A stretch of DNA of 64,000 nucleotides, from assembly GCA_902538565.1 (NCBI GenBank), contig CACBFQ010000002.1, positions 285,908 through 349,907 of the forward strand. Reading direction: 5' to 3'. Source of the stretch: an uncultured Fidelibacterota bacterium (GTDB lineage: Bacteria > Fidelibacterota > Marinisomatia > Marinisomatales > Marinisomataceae). Positions 43,391 to 52,524 of this stretch are shown here, in pieces. The position numbers and the translations under genes are program-made. The notes under the pieces were generated by a model. It ran no database searches and was not told the origin of the DNA. It saw nothing but the letters and a program-made list of their open reading frames with translations. Within the stretch, counting starts at the first letter, position 1. Each line of letters starts with the position of its first letter.

Positions 43391-44977
43391 TTAGTTACTT
43401 TCTTCTGACCATACTGTCCAGCCATCAAAAGCATCATCGTTGAAACCAGCTTTTAAAGCACCAACAAATGTTGCAGATGCATCCATACTAGCTTCAGTCG
43501 GAGTTGATCCTGTAAACTCGGTTGTTGGAAGTAAGCTTGCTTCTGTTACGCCAGTATTACCATCTTGTACATTAAATGTAAAGCTAGCACCTGGATCCGT
43601 TCCATCAGTAGCTGCAACTGTTGCAGGAGTTGGAACATCATCCATAACATTTAAAGGATCTAACCAGATGTATCGTCCATCAGCATCATTTGTAGGAGGA
43701 GTTGAACCATTTACAACAAATGTTCCATCTAAATTTCCATCTTCATTAGTAGCACGGAAACCTCTTCTTTGCTGATCTACCAACATATAATTTTGGAAGT
43801 GTCCAGCAGTTCCTTCTCTTAATCTTAAAGACTCATCTTCAGAAGATCCGCTGTTATTTCCTACAATTGTTACATTAGAAAATTTAGGAAATGAATCGTC
43901 TGCAGACTGGCTGCTGTTTCTTCCATCCATTTCATGTCCTCTATTTGAGGTTGAACCTCTAACTACAACTAGGAATTGTCCTGTTCCTTGGTATCCGGTG
44001 TCTGTATCAAATCCGTCGTCACCGACTTTATATACCATACAGTATCTTAAATCAACAGTTCCACCAAACATTTCAAAACCGTCATCAAAGTTATAAGCTA
44101 CTTCACAGTAACTAACTTCTGTTCCAGTTCCAACACCAGCTAATGTAATACCATTAATTTCATTATCTGGAGCAATTGCTCTACCACCATAACGAACTGA
44201 AACATATCTTAATGTACCAGAGTCATCAGCAGCATCTGTACCACCATAAGGTACTGAAGCAACACCCTCAACGGTTCTAGTTCCACCGCCTTGAATTGGT
44301 GCATAACCACAGACAATTAATCCACCCCATGCTCTACCACCAACAATTGGAAGTCTGTCTGGTTCGTCTCTTGCAATAACTGATGTCATGATAATTGGAG
44401 CATTAGCAGTACCTACTGCTTCAATCATTCCACCTTGCCATACTACGATTGCAGGAGCGTTTCCATTACCATCATCTGATAATGCATAAATGTTAGATCC
44501 AGCTGCAATTGTTAACGTTGCACCATCTCTAACTTGTAGTTGACCAGAAAGTACATAATCACCGCTTAAATCTAAATCTGAAGTAACATCTCCATATAAA
44601 CTTCTTTCAACATTCATATCCATTGAGTATGAATTTGATAAAGTTGTTGTACCATCTAAAGCGGTTGTAGTAACTGTTAACGTAACAGTTTTTGAACCTC
44701 TGGAAGAGAATGTATGTGAACCACTTGGAGCAACAGCAGTTGCTTCACCATTAAAATCCCATGAATATGCTACTCCAGCACCAGTACCGTTAGAAGCAGC
44801 CTGATCATCTGAAATAGAAAAATTATAGGTTAATGTTCCCATCACATGCTCAGCGTTAAATGGCTGTGCAGATGGAGGAAGAGTAGTATTATCAACAGTC
44901 TCTGTATCGTTGTCATCACATGATGTAAAAAGAAATACACTTGCGAAAATAGACAATATGATTTTTTTACTATTCAT
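43391..44977 (-). CDS. Surface lipoprotein: PKD-like domain plus acidic right-handed beta-helix domain (TBDT partner)
   Basis: Lipobox FTS-C; YSWDFNG; WGGLIVCG, GGTDAADDSGTLRYVSVRYGG, NEINGITLAGVG, DDGFEMFGGTV, DDGFDTD. Confidence 0.8.
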   Translation of the reverse strand: MNSKKIILSIFASVFLFTSCDDNDTETVDNTTLPPSAQPFNAEHVMGTLTYNFSISDDQAASNGTGAGVAYSWDFNGEATAVAPSGSHTFSSRGSKTVTLTVTTTALDGTTTLSNSYSMDMNVERSLYGDVTSDLDLSGDYVLSGQLQVRDGATLTIAAGSNIYALSDDGNGNAPAIVVWQGGMIEAVGTANAPIIMTSVIARDEPDRLPIVGGRAWGGLIVCGYAPIQGGGTRTVEGVASVPYGGTDAADDSGTLRYVSVRYGGRAIAPDNEINGITLAGVGTGTEVSYCEVAYNFDDGFEMFGGTVDLRYCMVYKVGDDGFDTDTGYQGTGQFLVVVRGSTSNRGHEMDGRNSSQSADDSFPKFSNVTIVGNNSGSSEDESLRLREGTAGHFQNYMLVDQQRRGFRATNEDGNLDGTFVVNGSTPPTNDADGRYIWLDPLNVMDDVPTPATVAATDGTDPGASFTFNVQDGNTGVTEASLLPTTEFTGSTPTEASMDASATFVGALKAGFNDDAFDGWTVWSEESN

Positions 44978-44989
44978 TTTCTTATCCTT

Positions 44990-45013
44990 TTTATACTATT
45001 ATTTATACTATTA
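44990..45013. repeat. Perfect 12-bp tandem direct repeat TTTATACTATTA x2
   Basis: Seen directly, immediately upstream of the lipoprotein RBS. Confidence 0.85.
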
Positions 45014-45063
45014 GTGTGTGGAAAAAACCCACCGACGCAAACTAGATTTACAAATTGAGTTTG

Positions 45064-45096
45064 CTATTTGAAATTTGTTAGGATTATGTTTGAATT
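45064..45096 (-). promoter_or_regulatory. Candidate Pho box (three units) upstream of the lipoprotein gene
   Basis: AATTCAAACAT-AATCCTAACAA-ATTTCAAATAG, 11-bp period, starting 1 nt after the TBDT stop. Confidence 0.7.
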
Positions 45097-45097
45097 T

Positions 45098-47953
45098 TTA
45101 ATTAAAATCGTAAGTCATACTTAAAGATATAGATATACCTGGTTCAAGTATCTTTGTATCTAACTTATTTCCAGTATCAGTTTTTAAATAGTGTTCAATC
45201 TTGCTATTTAAAAGATTTTTTGCCTTAACACTAACTGATAATCCATTTTCAAATTTTTTCTTTGAAGTAAAATTTAAAGAATGAAAAGGTGCTTCAAAAT
45301 AATGTCCTGTTACATCTCCTACTTTAATAATTCTTTCACTAAAACCATTATAAGAAAGTGAAATTTCGTATCCTGAACTAAGAATTGTATCCAAGGCAAG
45401 ATTCCCTAAAAATTCTGAATGACCCATTAATGGCCTATTGGCCTGATCTTCAATTGGAGTGACTGCAAATGGAGACACTACAAAATCATTTACATCTACA
45501 TCTGATGATGACAGTGTAGCGTTTGCAGTTAAAATTTGGGTAGCACTTGATGAGGGAAATAAATTTATCTTCTTCCTAATATCAAACTCTAATCCATAAA
45601 TCGCTGCAGATTTTGCATTATTATACATACTATATGATCTTTCTACATTTACTAATAATACCTCTTCAACAGGTTTTTGCATATCTTTAGCAAATAATGA
45701 AACTGACCATACTTCACCTCCGGAAGGATATACTTCGTATCTAAGATCAAAATTTGTGACTTCAGATTGTTCAAGTGTGGGGACTCCAATATATTGATCA
45801 TCGCCATAAAATGCTTGATATTCAAGTGGTGCATATTCTCTAAATTCTGCTCTTGCAACAGTTTGAGATAACGAAAATCGCACTTTTGAATTCTCTGAAG
45901 TGTCAAAAATAAAATTGATAGAAGGAAGTACATAATTTTCATCAATATCTACAAGTGTTGGCTCTTGTGTAGGGTTGTTGTAAGGGTTCACATACGTTTG
46001 ACCAGTTACGGTATTGTATGGCCTAAGGTCTAATGTATACATTTCATATCTCATACCACCAATAAAAGTAATAGGTATAGCAAAAGAATCAAATTTTCTT
46101 TCAATCATTGAGAAAATTGCATTTGTCTTTTCATCTGCATCGTATGCAGCTCGTGCAAGCTGTGCTGCCTCTTCAACAATGATTAAACCACTATTTCCAT
46201 CAAAAAAGTTTTCTTCATCAAACGATCTTCCAAAATCATTATTATTAACCTCCAGAAGATTGTTTGGCCATGTTCCATTAGAATGAGTATAATAAAAAAT
46301 TCTCTTTTTAAAAGTCCTATCTCTCTGCTGAATTCTAAGTCCACTCTTTAATTGAAAGTTTTCAAAATTAACTTTATACGACAAATCTAAACTATTATTT
46401 GTATCATCTCCATCAGCCCAAAATCTTAAGCCAGGCGACGTACTACTGACATCAACAGTATAAGGATTTAATGCGCTTTGCCTTGAGTAAGTATGAGAAG
46501 CAACATCTGGTTCGTACAATGAAGCAGAACCTAAATTTATTGACCAATCAAGTTCGCTTGGATTAGAAGAATAAAATATACTACTACCTTCCAAAGATAA
46601 ATTAGATAATGCTTTTTCACTATAATAATGCTGAATGGTTACTGCGTCTTCTAAATTTTTAAGTACCCCAGAAGCATAAGATAATTTATCACTTGCCTTG
46701 TGACTTAATAAAAAAGATAATTTAAACTTGTGATCTTGTAAATATTTTAAACCTGTGCTCATATTTAATACATGGTTGGCATTATAAATGGATGTTTCTC
46801 TTTGGAGGTTCAAATATCTTGATAGTTCTGTATTGTCATAATATCTACCAATATTTTCATCCTCAAAATCATAAGAGTTACCAAAAGAATAATTTATAAA
46901 GTATCCATACTCATAATCACCGTTTGAACTATTAAACTTTTGACCATTTTCAATACCAAATGAAATTTGAGGGCTGGTACTTTTTGAATTAGTACGATAA
47001 TTTTGTTTGAATTTATTTGTATTTGTCGATAATAATTCTCGCCATTGTGAAGAAGTATAGTTCTGTGGATTAGTTGAACCAGATGTTAATGGATATCTAA
47101 ACTCTGACAACCAAAAATCTTTTGGAACGTCAGGCATTTTATTATCATTTCCATCTATACCAAAAAAATTAATGCCATTATTAGATGTTCTAAATCTACT
47201 ATTATCAATTGATGAAATTGTTCCAGCGCCAAACTTTAGCTTCATTATTTTTTTGTCTGGATATGCTAAAGTTTTAATATTTACCACCCCTCCAGCAAAA
47301 GTTCCAGGTAAGTCAGGAGTGAACGTTTTTTTTGCACTTAATCCAGAAATAATTGAAATAGAAAAAAGATCTAGAGGAACAGCTCTTTTTTCGGGTTCTG
47401 GGGTAGCTAAGTCAGAATTATTTAATTGAGTATTTGTATACCTATCACCTAACCCTCTTACAGCAACAATGTTATCAACTACAGAAACACCAGTCACTCT
47501 TCTAAACGCATCTGCTGCATTAGAATCCCCCGCTTTTGACATTCTTTCTAAACTTATTGCATCTTCAACATTAGATGATTCTTTTCTGTCAATAATTATA
47601 CTTATATCGCTACCATCGACTGCTTGACCAGTCACCTCAACACCAGATAACTGTACGGCATCTATTGATAAAGCTATATCAAAATTATTTTGCCCCTCTA
47701 AAAGATTAATTGAAAATCTTTCGGATTTATAACCTATGTACGAAACATTTAGTACAACTTCGCCTGGTTGAGTAAAAATCGTGAAGGAACCATTTAAATC
47801 AGAAGCTGCTCCATTATTTGAGTCTTCAATAATAATATTTACGCCGACTAGGGCTTCTCCAGAATCCTTATCAGTGACAGTACCAGTTAGAACAGATAAA
47901 TCTTGACAAAAAATGAAACTTAATGATAAAAATACTACTTTAAATATTCTCAA
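45098..47953 (-). CDS. TonB-dependent receptor with N-terminal carboxypeptidase-regulatory-like extension (TTG start)
   Basis: GTVTDKDSGEALVG, LSGVEV, plug RVTGVSV...VRGLGDRY, NFDLRYE, C-terminal ISLSMTYDF; SD AGGAG 8 nt upstream. Confidence 0.92.
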   Translation of the reverse strand: MRIFKVVFLSLSFIFCQDLSVLTGTVTDKDSGEALVGVNIIIEDSNNGAASDLNGSFTIFTQPGEVVLNVSYIGYKSERFSINLLEGQNNFDIALSIDAVQLSGVEVTGQAVDGSDISIIIDRKESSNVEDAISLERMSKAGDSNAADAFRRVTGVSVVDNIVAVRGLGDRYTNTQLNNSDLATPEPEKRAVPLDLFSISIISGLSAKKTFTPDLPGTFAGGVVNIKTLAYPDKKIMKLKFGAGTISSIDNSRFRTSNNGINFFGIDGNDNKMPDVPKDFWLSEFRYPLTSGSTNPQNYTSSQWRELLSTNTNKFKQNYRTNSKSTSPQISFGIENGQKFNSSNGDYEYGYFINYSFGNSYDFEDENIGRYYDNTELSRYLNLQRETSIYNANHVLNMSTGLKYLQDHKFKLSFLLSHKASDKLSYASGVLKNLEDAVTIQHYYSEKALSNLSLEGSSIFYSSNPSELDWSINLGSASLYEPDVASHTYSRQSALNPYTVDVSSTSPGLRFWADGDDTNNSLDLSYKVNFENFQLKSGLRIQQRDRTFKKRIFYYTHSNGTWPNNLLEVNNNDFGRSFDEENFFDGNSGLIIVEEAAQLARAAYDADEKTNAIFSMIERKFDSFAIPITFIGGMRYEMYTLDLRPYNTVTGQTYVNPYNNPTQEPTLVDIDENYVLPSINFIFDTSENSKVRFSLSQTVARAEFREYAPLEYQAFYGDDQYIGVPTLEQSEVTNFDLRYEVYPSGGEVWSVSLFAKDMQKPVEEVLLVNVERSYSMYNNAKSAAIYGLEFDIRKKINLFPSSSATQILTANATLSSSDVDVNDFVVSPFAVTPIEDQANRPLMGHSEFLGNLALDTILSSGYEISLSYNGFSERIIKVGDVTGHYFEAPFHSLNFTSKKKFENGLSVSVKAKNLLNSKIEHYLKTDTGNKLDTKILEPGISISLSMTYDFN

Positions 47954-47995
47954 CTCTACATCTCCTTTAAAAGTTAAGAAAAATGTAAAAAGCTT

Positions 47996-48017
47996 ATGTT
48001 AGGATCATGTTTGAATA
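47996..48017 (-). promoter_or_regulatory. Candidate Pho box upstream of the TBDT, overlapping the phoR 3' end
   Basis: TATTCAAACAT-GATCCTAACAT, 11-bp period, followed after 8 nt by TACATT. Confidence 0.72.
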
Positions 48018-49045
48018 GGTAGAAATATTTTTACAGAAGTTCCTTTGCCTATCTCACTATCTATTATAATATCTCCATTGTGCAGATCCAAAATTTTTTT
48101 TACAATTGATAATCCTAAACCTGATCCTCCATACTCTCTACTTCTTGAGGATTCTTCTCTAAAAAATCTAATAAATATATCCTTAATATTTTCTTTTTTT
48201 ATTCCTTTTCCATTATCAATTATTTTAATAATGCATGAATCTTGCTGGCTGGATAGCAGAATATTAATCTTGCTATTTGAATTTGAATACATAATTGCAT
48301 TTTTTAAAATATTGGATAATGCATTTTGAATAAGGCTTATATCAACCTTTAAATTGCAACAATTAAAATCTTTCGGCTGTTCAATATCTATATTTTTTTT
48401 ATCTGCAAGGTGTTTCACAGTTTCGACAGAAGATAAAATTAAATCACTTAAACTAATCTCTTCTTTTTGAAGATTAAAAACAGCATTGTTTTCTAACATA
48501 GATATCTGCAGCAAATCATCAATTATTTCATTCATTCTCAAAGATTGTCTAATAATGATGTCTCTAAAAGGAATTTCTGTAGGAATTGTTTCAGTAGCAG
48601 CTAAAATAGAAGTGATTGGCGTTCTAAGTTCATGAGATACATTTTCAACAAACTCTCTTTGAGAATTCTGTGCTTGTATGATAGATGATATATCATTAAA
48701 AACAATTAAATATTTCGACTTAACGGATGTTTCCACTTTCAAAAAAGTTACTTTTGCATCAAATGATTGAGAAGCATCAATAAAAAAGTCTTCTTCAAAA
48801 GTTGTAATTTCGTTTTGATTTTCAATAGCTTTCATTGATTGCTCAATGAAGTTTAATATTTTGGGGTTTCTAACAATACCTGATATCGGTTTCCCAATGA
48901 ATTCTTCAGATAAAGAAAATATTCTTTTTGCTTTATCATTATAAAAAATTAAAAATTTATCATTATTTATAGAAATAACACCCGATTGTATAGTATCAAG
49001 AACTGACTTTAAATCATTAATCGGAGTATTACTCATCTTCATCAT
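48005..49045 (-). CDS. phoR: Sensor histidine kinase, PhoR-like (PAS-HisKA-HATPase, no TM segments)
   Basis: FVENVSHELRTPITSI, NILKNAIMYS, DNGKGI, GGSGLGLSIVK; paired with an OmpR-family regulator and near phoU. Confidence 0.8.
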   Translation of the reverse strand: MMKMSNTPINDLKSVLDTIQSGVISINNDKFLIFYNDKAKRIFSLSEEFIGKPISGIVRNPKILNFIEQSMKAIENQNEITTFEEDFFIDASQSFDAKVTFLKVETSVKSKYLIVFNDISSIIQAQNSQREFVENVSHELRTPITSILAATETIPTEIPFRDIIIRQSLRMNEIIDDLLQISMLENNAVFNLQKEEISLSDLILSSVETVKHLADKKNIDIEQPKDFNCCNLKVDISLIQNALSNILKNAIMYSNSNSKINILLSSQQDSCIIKIIDNGKGIKKENIKDIFIRFFREESSRSREYGGSGLGLSIVKKILDLHNGDIIIDSEIGKGTSVKIFLPIQT

Positions 49046-49724
49046 TAAACTTATATCCTATACCCCTAATAGTTTTAATATATTTTTTTTCAGTAGATAA
49101 TTTTTTTCTCAATCCTACAATTTGAAAATCAATTGTTCTATCTGTAGCAGGATAATTATCTCCTCTAATAGAGTCAATTATTTGAGATCTAGTATACACC
49201 AAACCAGGATTTTGAGCAAGCATACTTAAAATTTCAAACTCACTAAATGTTAAATCTATTATAGCATTATTTACACTGACTTGATGTTTGCCAATATCTA
49301 TTTTTAAGCTATCAAATTTCAAAATTTTTGAATCTGTTTTTTTAACTCTTCTCAGAACAGCAGCAATTCTAGCAGAAAGAATTGAGCCAGAAAATGGTTT
49401 AACTATGTAATCATCTGCTCCCAATTCCAAACCTTTTACAATATCAACTTCGCTTCCTTTAGCTGTAAGCATTATTATCAGAAGATCTTTTAATTTGGGG
49501 TCACTTTTGATAATTCTACAAATATCGTATCCACTAATACCTGGAAGCATTAAATCTAAAAGAAGCAAATTGGACTTATTATTTCTAAGGTGTTTTAGAC
49601 CAGATTCGCCATTTGAAAATGATTGTACTTGATATCCTAAGCTTGAAATATTATAAGCAAGTAGCTCGCGAATATCTTTATCATCTTCAATAATTACTAA
49701 TTTTATATTTTTTGTATCTGACAT
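49029..49724 (-). CDS. phoB: OmpR/PhoB family response regulator
   Basis: IEDD, LLDLMLPG, MLTAK, GADDYIVKPF, winged-helix RTID...IKTIRGIGY. True start is ATG 49724. Confidence 0.85.
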   Translation of the reverse strand: MSDTKNIKLVIIEDDKDIRELLAYNISSLGYQVQSFSNGESGLKHLRNNKSNLLLLDLMLPGISGYDICRIIKSDPKLKDLLIIMLTAKGSEVDIVKGLELGADDYIVKPFSGSILSARIAAVLRRVKKTDSKILKFDSLKIDIGKHQVSVNNAIIDLTFSEFEILSMLAQNPGLVYTRSQIIDSIRGDNYPATDRTIDFQIVGLRKKLSTEKKYIKTIRGIGYKFNDEDE

Positions 49725-49729
49725 AGATG

Positions 49730-49802
49730 CTCCGGAGGAGGGACTCGAACCCCCGACCTGGTGATTAACAGTCACTCGCTCTACCAACTGAGCTACTCCG
49801 GA
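49730..49802 (-). tRNA. tRNA-Asn(GTT), CCA not encoded
   Basis: Acceptor TCCGGAG/CTCCGGA, anticodon loop CTGTTAA, GGTTCGA T-loop. Confidence 0.96.
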
Positions 49803-49877
49803 AGATGGTAGAAATTTTTAATATTATTATTGAAAAAACAAGTATTATTACTTTTATTTTTTATTATAAAGTAAAAG

Positions 49878-51746
49878 TTATAGCTCTAGTTCAATAAATA
49901 ATTTTTTTGTTGGGTCAAATTGACCATGATTCTGGACATTTTTAGAGATTTCAATTTTATCGCTTGATGACATTTTTCCAATGTAGGCGTGAGTTGACTT
50001 GATTCCACCCAAGTACCATCTTGTATCAGATATGTATGCAAAATCTCCTTCTTTTGCACCAAGATCTTTCATCAAATCTGCTGGTAAATATATTTTATTA
50101 TCTGTGTCATCCAGAACTTTAATCATATCACCATCAAAGGTAATTTTACTGCCTGCATTTTCATTTACCTTTGAACCTTTGAAGAATGTGGGACCATCTT
50201 TGATAGTCCAAAGAGTTAATCCTTTAATTTGTTCATAGTGTGATTGATTTGGTTTTGAAGTAAGCAAGGTTACTATGATTCCAATTGAAGTACATGCCAC
50301 TACATTATATAATGCTCTAATATATGACCACGGTTTTGCTTCAACATATTCTATCCCATGTGAGAATGGTTGAACAAAAATTTGAGGATACTCGATTCCA
50401 AGGAAAATAAATGCTGCACCTAGTACAAACGTTAAAACAGCTGCTCTTGATGAAAAGCGCTGCCAGAAAATACCAAGGAAAATAACCGTAACCATTGGTG
50501 GAGTCACGACACTATGAAATGCACCGTGAGCCTCGTAAATAGTCCCATATTGTGCAAATAAAAATGCTGCCTGTATCCCAACAAAAGTAACAAGCAAGGA
50601 AGTAAACATGGAAACTCTTAAGCGTGTTTTCTCAGAAGGATTTTTACTTAATGGTGTATACACATCATTAACCGCCACTGCTGCTGAAGCATTAATTTGC
50701 GAATCCAAGCTGGACATTAAAGCAGCTACTACTGCTGCTACTAAAAATGCAAAAATTGCTTCTGAATTAGCTACCAGGGAAGCAACAACAGTAAAAACAC
50801 CATTTGCACTTCCATTTGGTAATAAATCAGTGATAACACCAGGGGTCATATTTTCCATAGCTCTAGCCAACCAACCAGAATTTGAAACAGCAACAGTACC
50901 TATTGGCAAGAAAACCAATACATTCATCATAGTTGCTCTTCTAGCATGAATAACAGATCGAGATGCTAAAAATCTCATAATTACTGCCTGATTCATAAAA
51001 GCAAATCCAACTGAACCAACTACTCCGTCTTGCCAGAAAATTCCAACAAAATTAAAGTCGGGTGGGGAGTTAAAATCTGCCAATGGTAATTTATTTGTAT
51101 CTGACAAATTGCTCCAGAAAAAATCAAATCCTCCTAAATAAGCAATACCCAAACCAAAAATAAGTAACCCTGCAAATAGCAGAATGACACCCTGTAAAAA
51201 ATCTGTAAAAATAATAGCAGTTTGACCACCTAAGGACACATAGGTACCCGATATAATAGCTACTACTATAATAATAGTGTTAATTTCCCATCCTAAAATT
51301 GGCTGTAATAATGACCCTAAAGCCAATAATCCAATACCTATATACCCTACCAGGTACAAAAGCATGGTTATCGTAGATAAATTTCTTACAGTGGAGTTAA
51401 ACCTACGTTCAAAATATTCTGGAATAGAATTGACCTGCATGTAATATATAATTGGAATCCAACCAAACAGCAATAGTGGCATAAAAAACCAATCATTCAT
51501 ATAGGTCATGGTAGATGAAAACCCATATTCAAAACCTTTAGATGCATATTTGGCAAAACTATGTGATCCCACACCAGTTGCCAACATTGACATTCCAATT
51601 AACCACCATGAAAATCTTCGTCCACCAAAAAAGAAATCTTCGGTTGATTGATTATTTCTTGCAAAAAATAACCCCGCACCTAATACAAAGAAAACATAGC
51701 TAGCTAAGATGACCCAGAATAATTCTGATGTAGCAATGGTATTCAT
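49878..51746 (-). CDS. Sodium:solute symporter (SSS) family transporter
   Basis: DFFFGGR, YVSLGG..AIIFTD..Q, AALMSSLDS; C-terminal small beta domain. Confidence 0.92.
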   Translation of the reverse strand: MNTIATSELFWVILASYVFFVLGAGLFFARNNQSTEDFFFGGRRFSWWLIGMSMLATGVGSHSFAKYASKGFEYGFSSTMTYMNDWFFMPLLLFGWIPIIYYMQVNSIPEYFERRFNSTVRNLSTITMLLYLVGYIGIGLLALGSLLQPILGWEINTIIIVVAIISGTYVSLGGQTAIIFTDFLQGVILLFAGLLIFGLGIAYLGGFDFFWSNLSDTNKLPLADFNSPPDFNFVGIFWQDGVVGSVGFAFMNQAVIMRFLASRSVIHARRATMMNVLVFLPIGTVAVSNSGWLARAMENMTPGVITDLLPNGSANGVFTVVASLVANSEAIFAFLVAAVVAALMSSLDSQINASAAVAVNDVYTPLSKNPSEKTRLRVSMFTSLLVTFVGIQAAFLFAQYGTIYEAHGAFHSVVTPPMVTVIFLGIFWQRFSSRAAVLTFVLGAAFIFLGIEYPQIFVQPFSHGIEYVEAKPWSYIRALYNVVACTSIGIIVTLLTSKPNQSHYEQIKGLTLWTIKDGPTFFKGSKVNENAGSKITFDGDMIKVLDDTDNKIYLPADLMKDLGAKEGDFAYISDTRWYLGGIKSTHAYIGKMSSSDKIEISKNVQNHGQFDPTKKLFIELEL

Positions 51747-52027
51747 GTAATTTTCCTGGTTAATAAAAAGACATTAAATATATATAAAGATAAAATTACA
51801 AGATATAACTGAGGATAATCATTCAGTGCTGAAACAGTCATTAATAAGTGTATAGAAGAGACATAAATAAATCCCCAAATCAAAATCTGAATCCATATCT
51901 TATATTGATTCCAGAACTCTTTGCCACCATAAGCTTTGAATATTGCAAAAAGACCTCCGCCAAAAATCAATATACCAAAACCATATTGGTACATAAAAGG
52001 AAGCCAGGAATGTGAAAATAAATCCAT
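51743..52027 (-). CDS. Small multi-TM membrane protein, possible SSS partner subunit
   Basis: About 3 hydrophobic segments; stop overlaps the SSS start (ATGA). Confidence 0.65.
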   Translation of the reverse strand: MDLFSHSWLPFMYQYGFGILIFGGGLFAIFKAYGGKEFWNQYKIWIQILIWGFIYVSSIHLLMTVSALNDYPQLYLVILSLYIFNVFLLTRKIT

Positions 52028-52524
52028 TATAGTTCTTCCTTAAATAATTTTAATAATTGCTCATATGTATCATCTAACGTTTGAGCCATCACTTTTGTAT
52101 TTCCAATAACAGGCATAAAAGATGTGTCGCTTTTCCAGCGAGGAACTATATGAAAATGCAAATGAGATTGAATGGAAGCACCCGAGCCTTCACCTATGTT
52201 AGCCCCAAAATTAAATCCATCACAATTAAAACTACTTCTTAATAGTTTCATCACTTTTTTAGAAGTAGACATAATCTCAGATAAAACTTCATCTTCGAGT
52301 TCTTCAAATCTATCAACTTCTTTATAAGGAATAACCATCAAATGTCCATTATTATAAGGATAATAATTCATTATTACATAACAATGTTTTGCACGATGAA
52401 GGATTAAATGATCTTTATCATTATCTTCATTTATAAAATCAGAAAAAATCTTTTGAGAATCTTGCTTCTTATTTTTGAGGTAATCCATTTTCCATGGAGC
52501 CCATAAATGTTTTTGATTGCTCAT
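52027..52524 (-). CDS. HIT family hydrolase (Ap4A phosphorylase/FHIT-like)
   Basis: LWAPWKMDY, N.YPYNNGHLMV, HLHFHIVPRW. Confidence 0.92.
   Translation of the reverse strand: MSNQKHLWAPWKMDYLKNKKQDSQKIFSDFINEDNDKDHLILHRAKHCYVIMNYYPYNNGHLMVIPYKEVDRFEELEDEVLSEIMSTSKKVMKLLRSSFNCDGFNFGANIGEGSGASIQSHLHFHIVPRWKSDTSFMPVIGNTKVMAQTLDDTYEQLLKLFKEEL

Noticed and set aside
49725-49787. ORF-track N-terminal extension MVERVTVNHQVGGSSPSSGAS of the response regulator
   Set aside because: It is a translation of the tRNA-Asn gene; the receiver domain begins at ATG 49724
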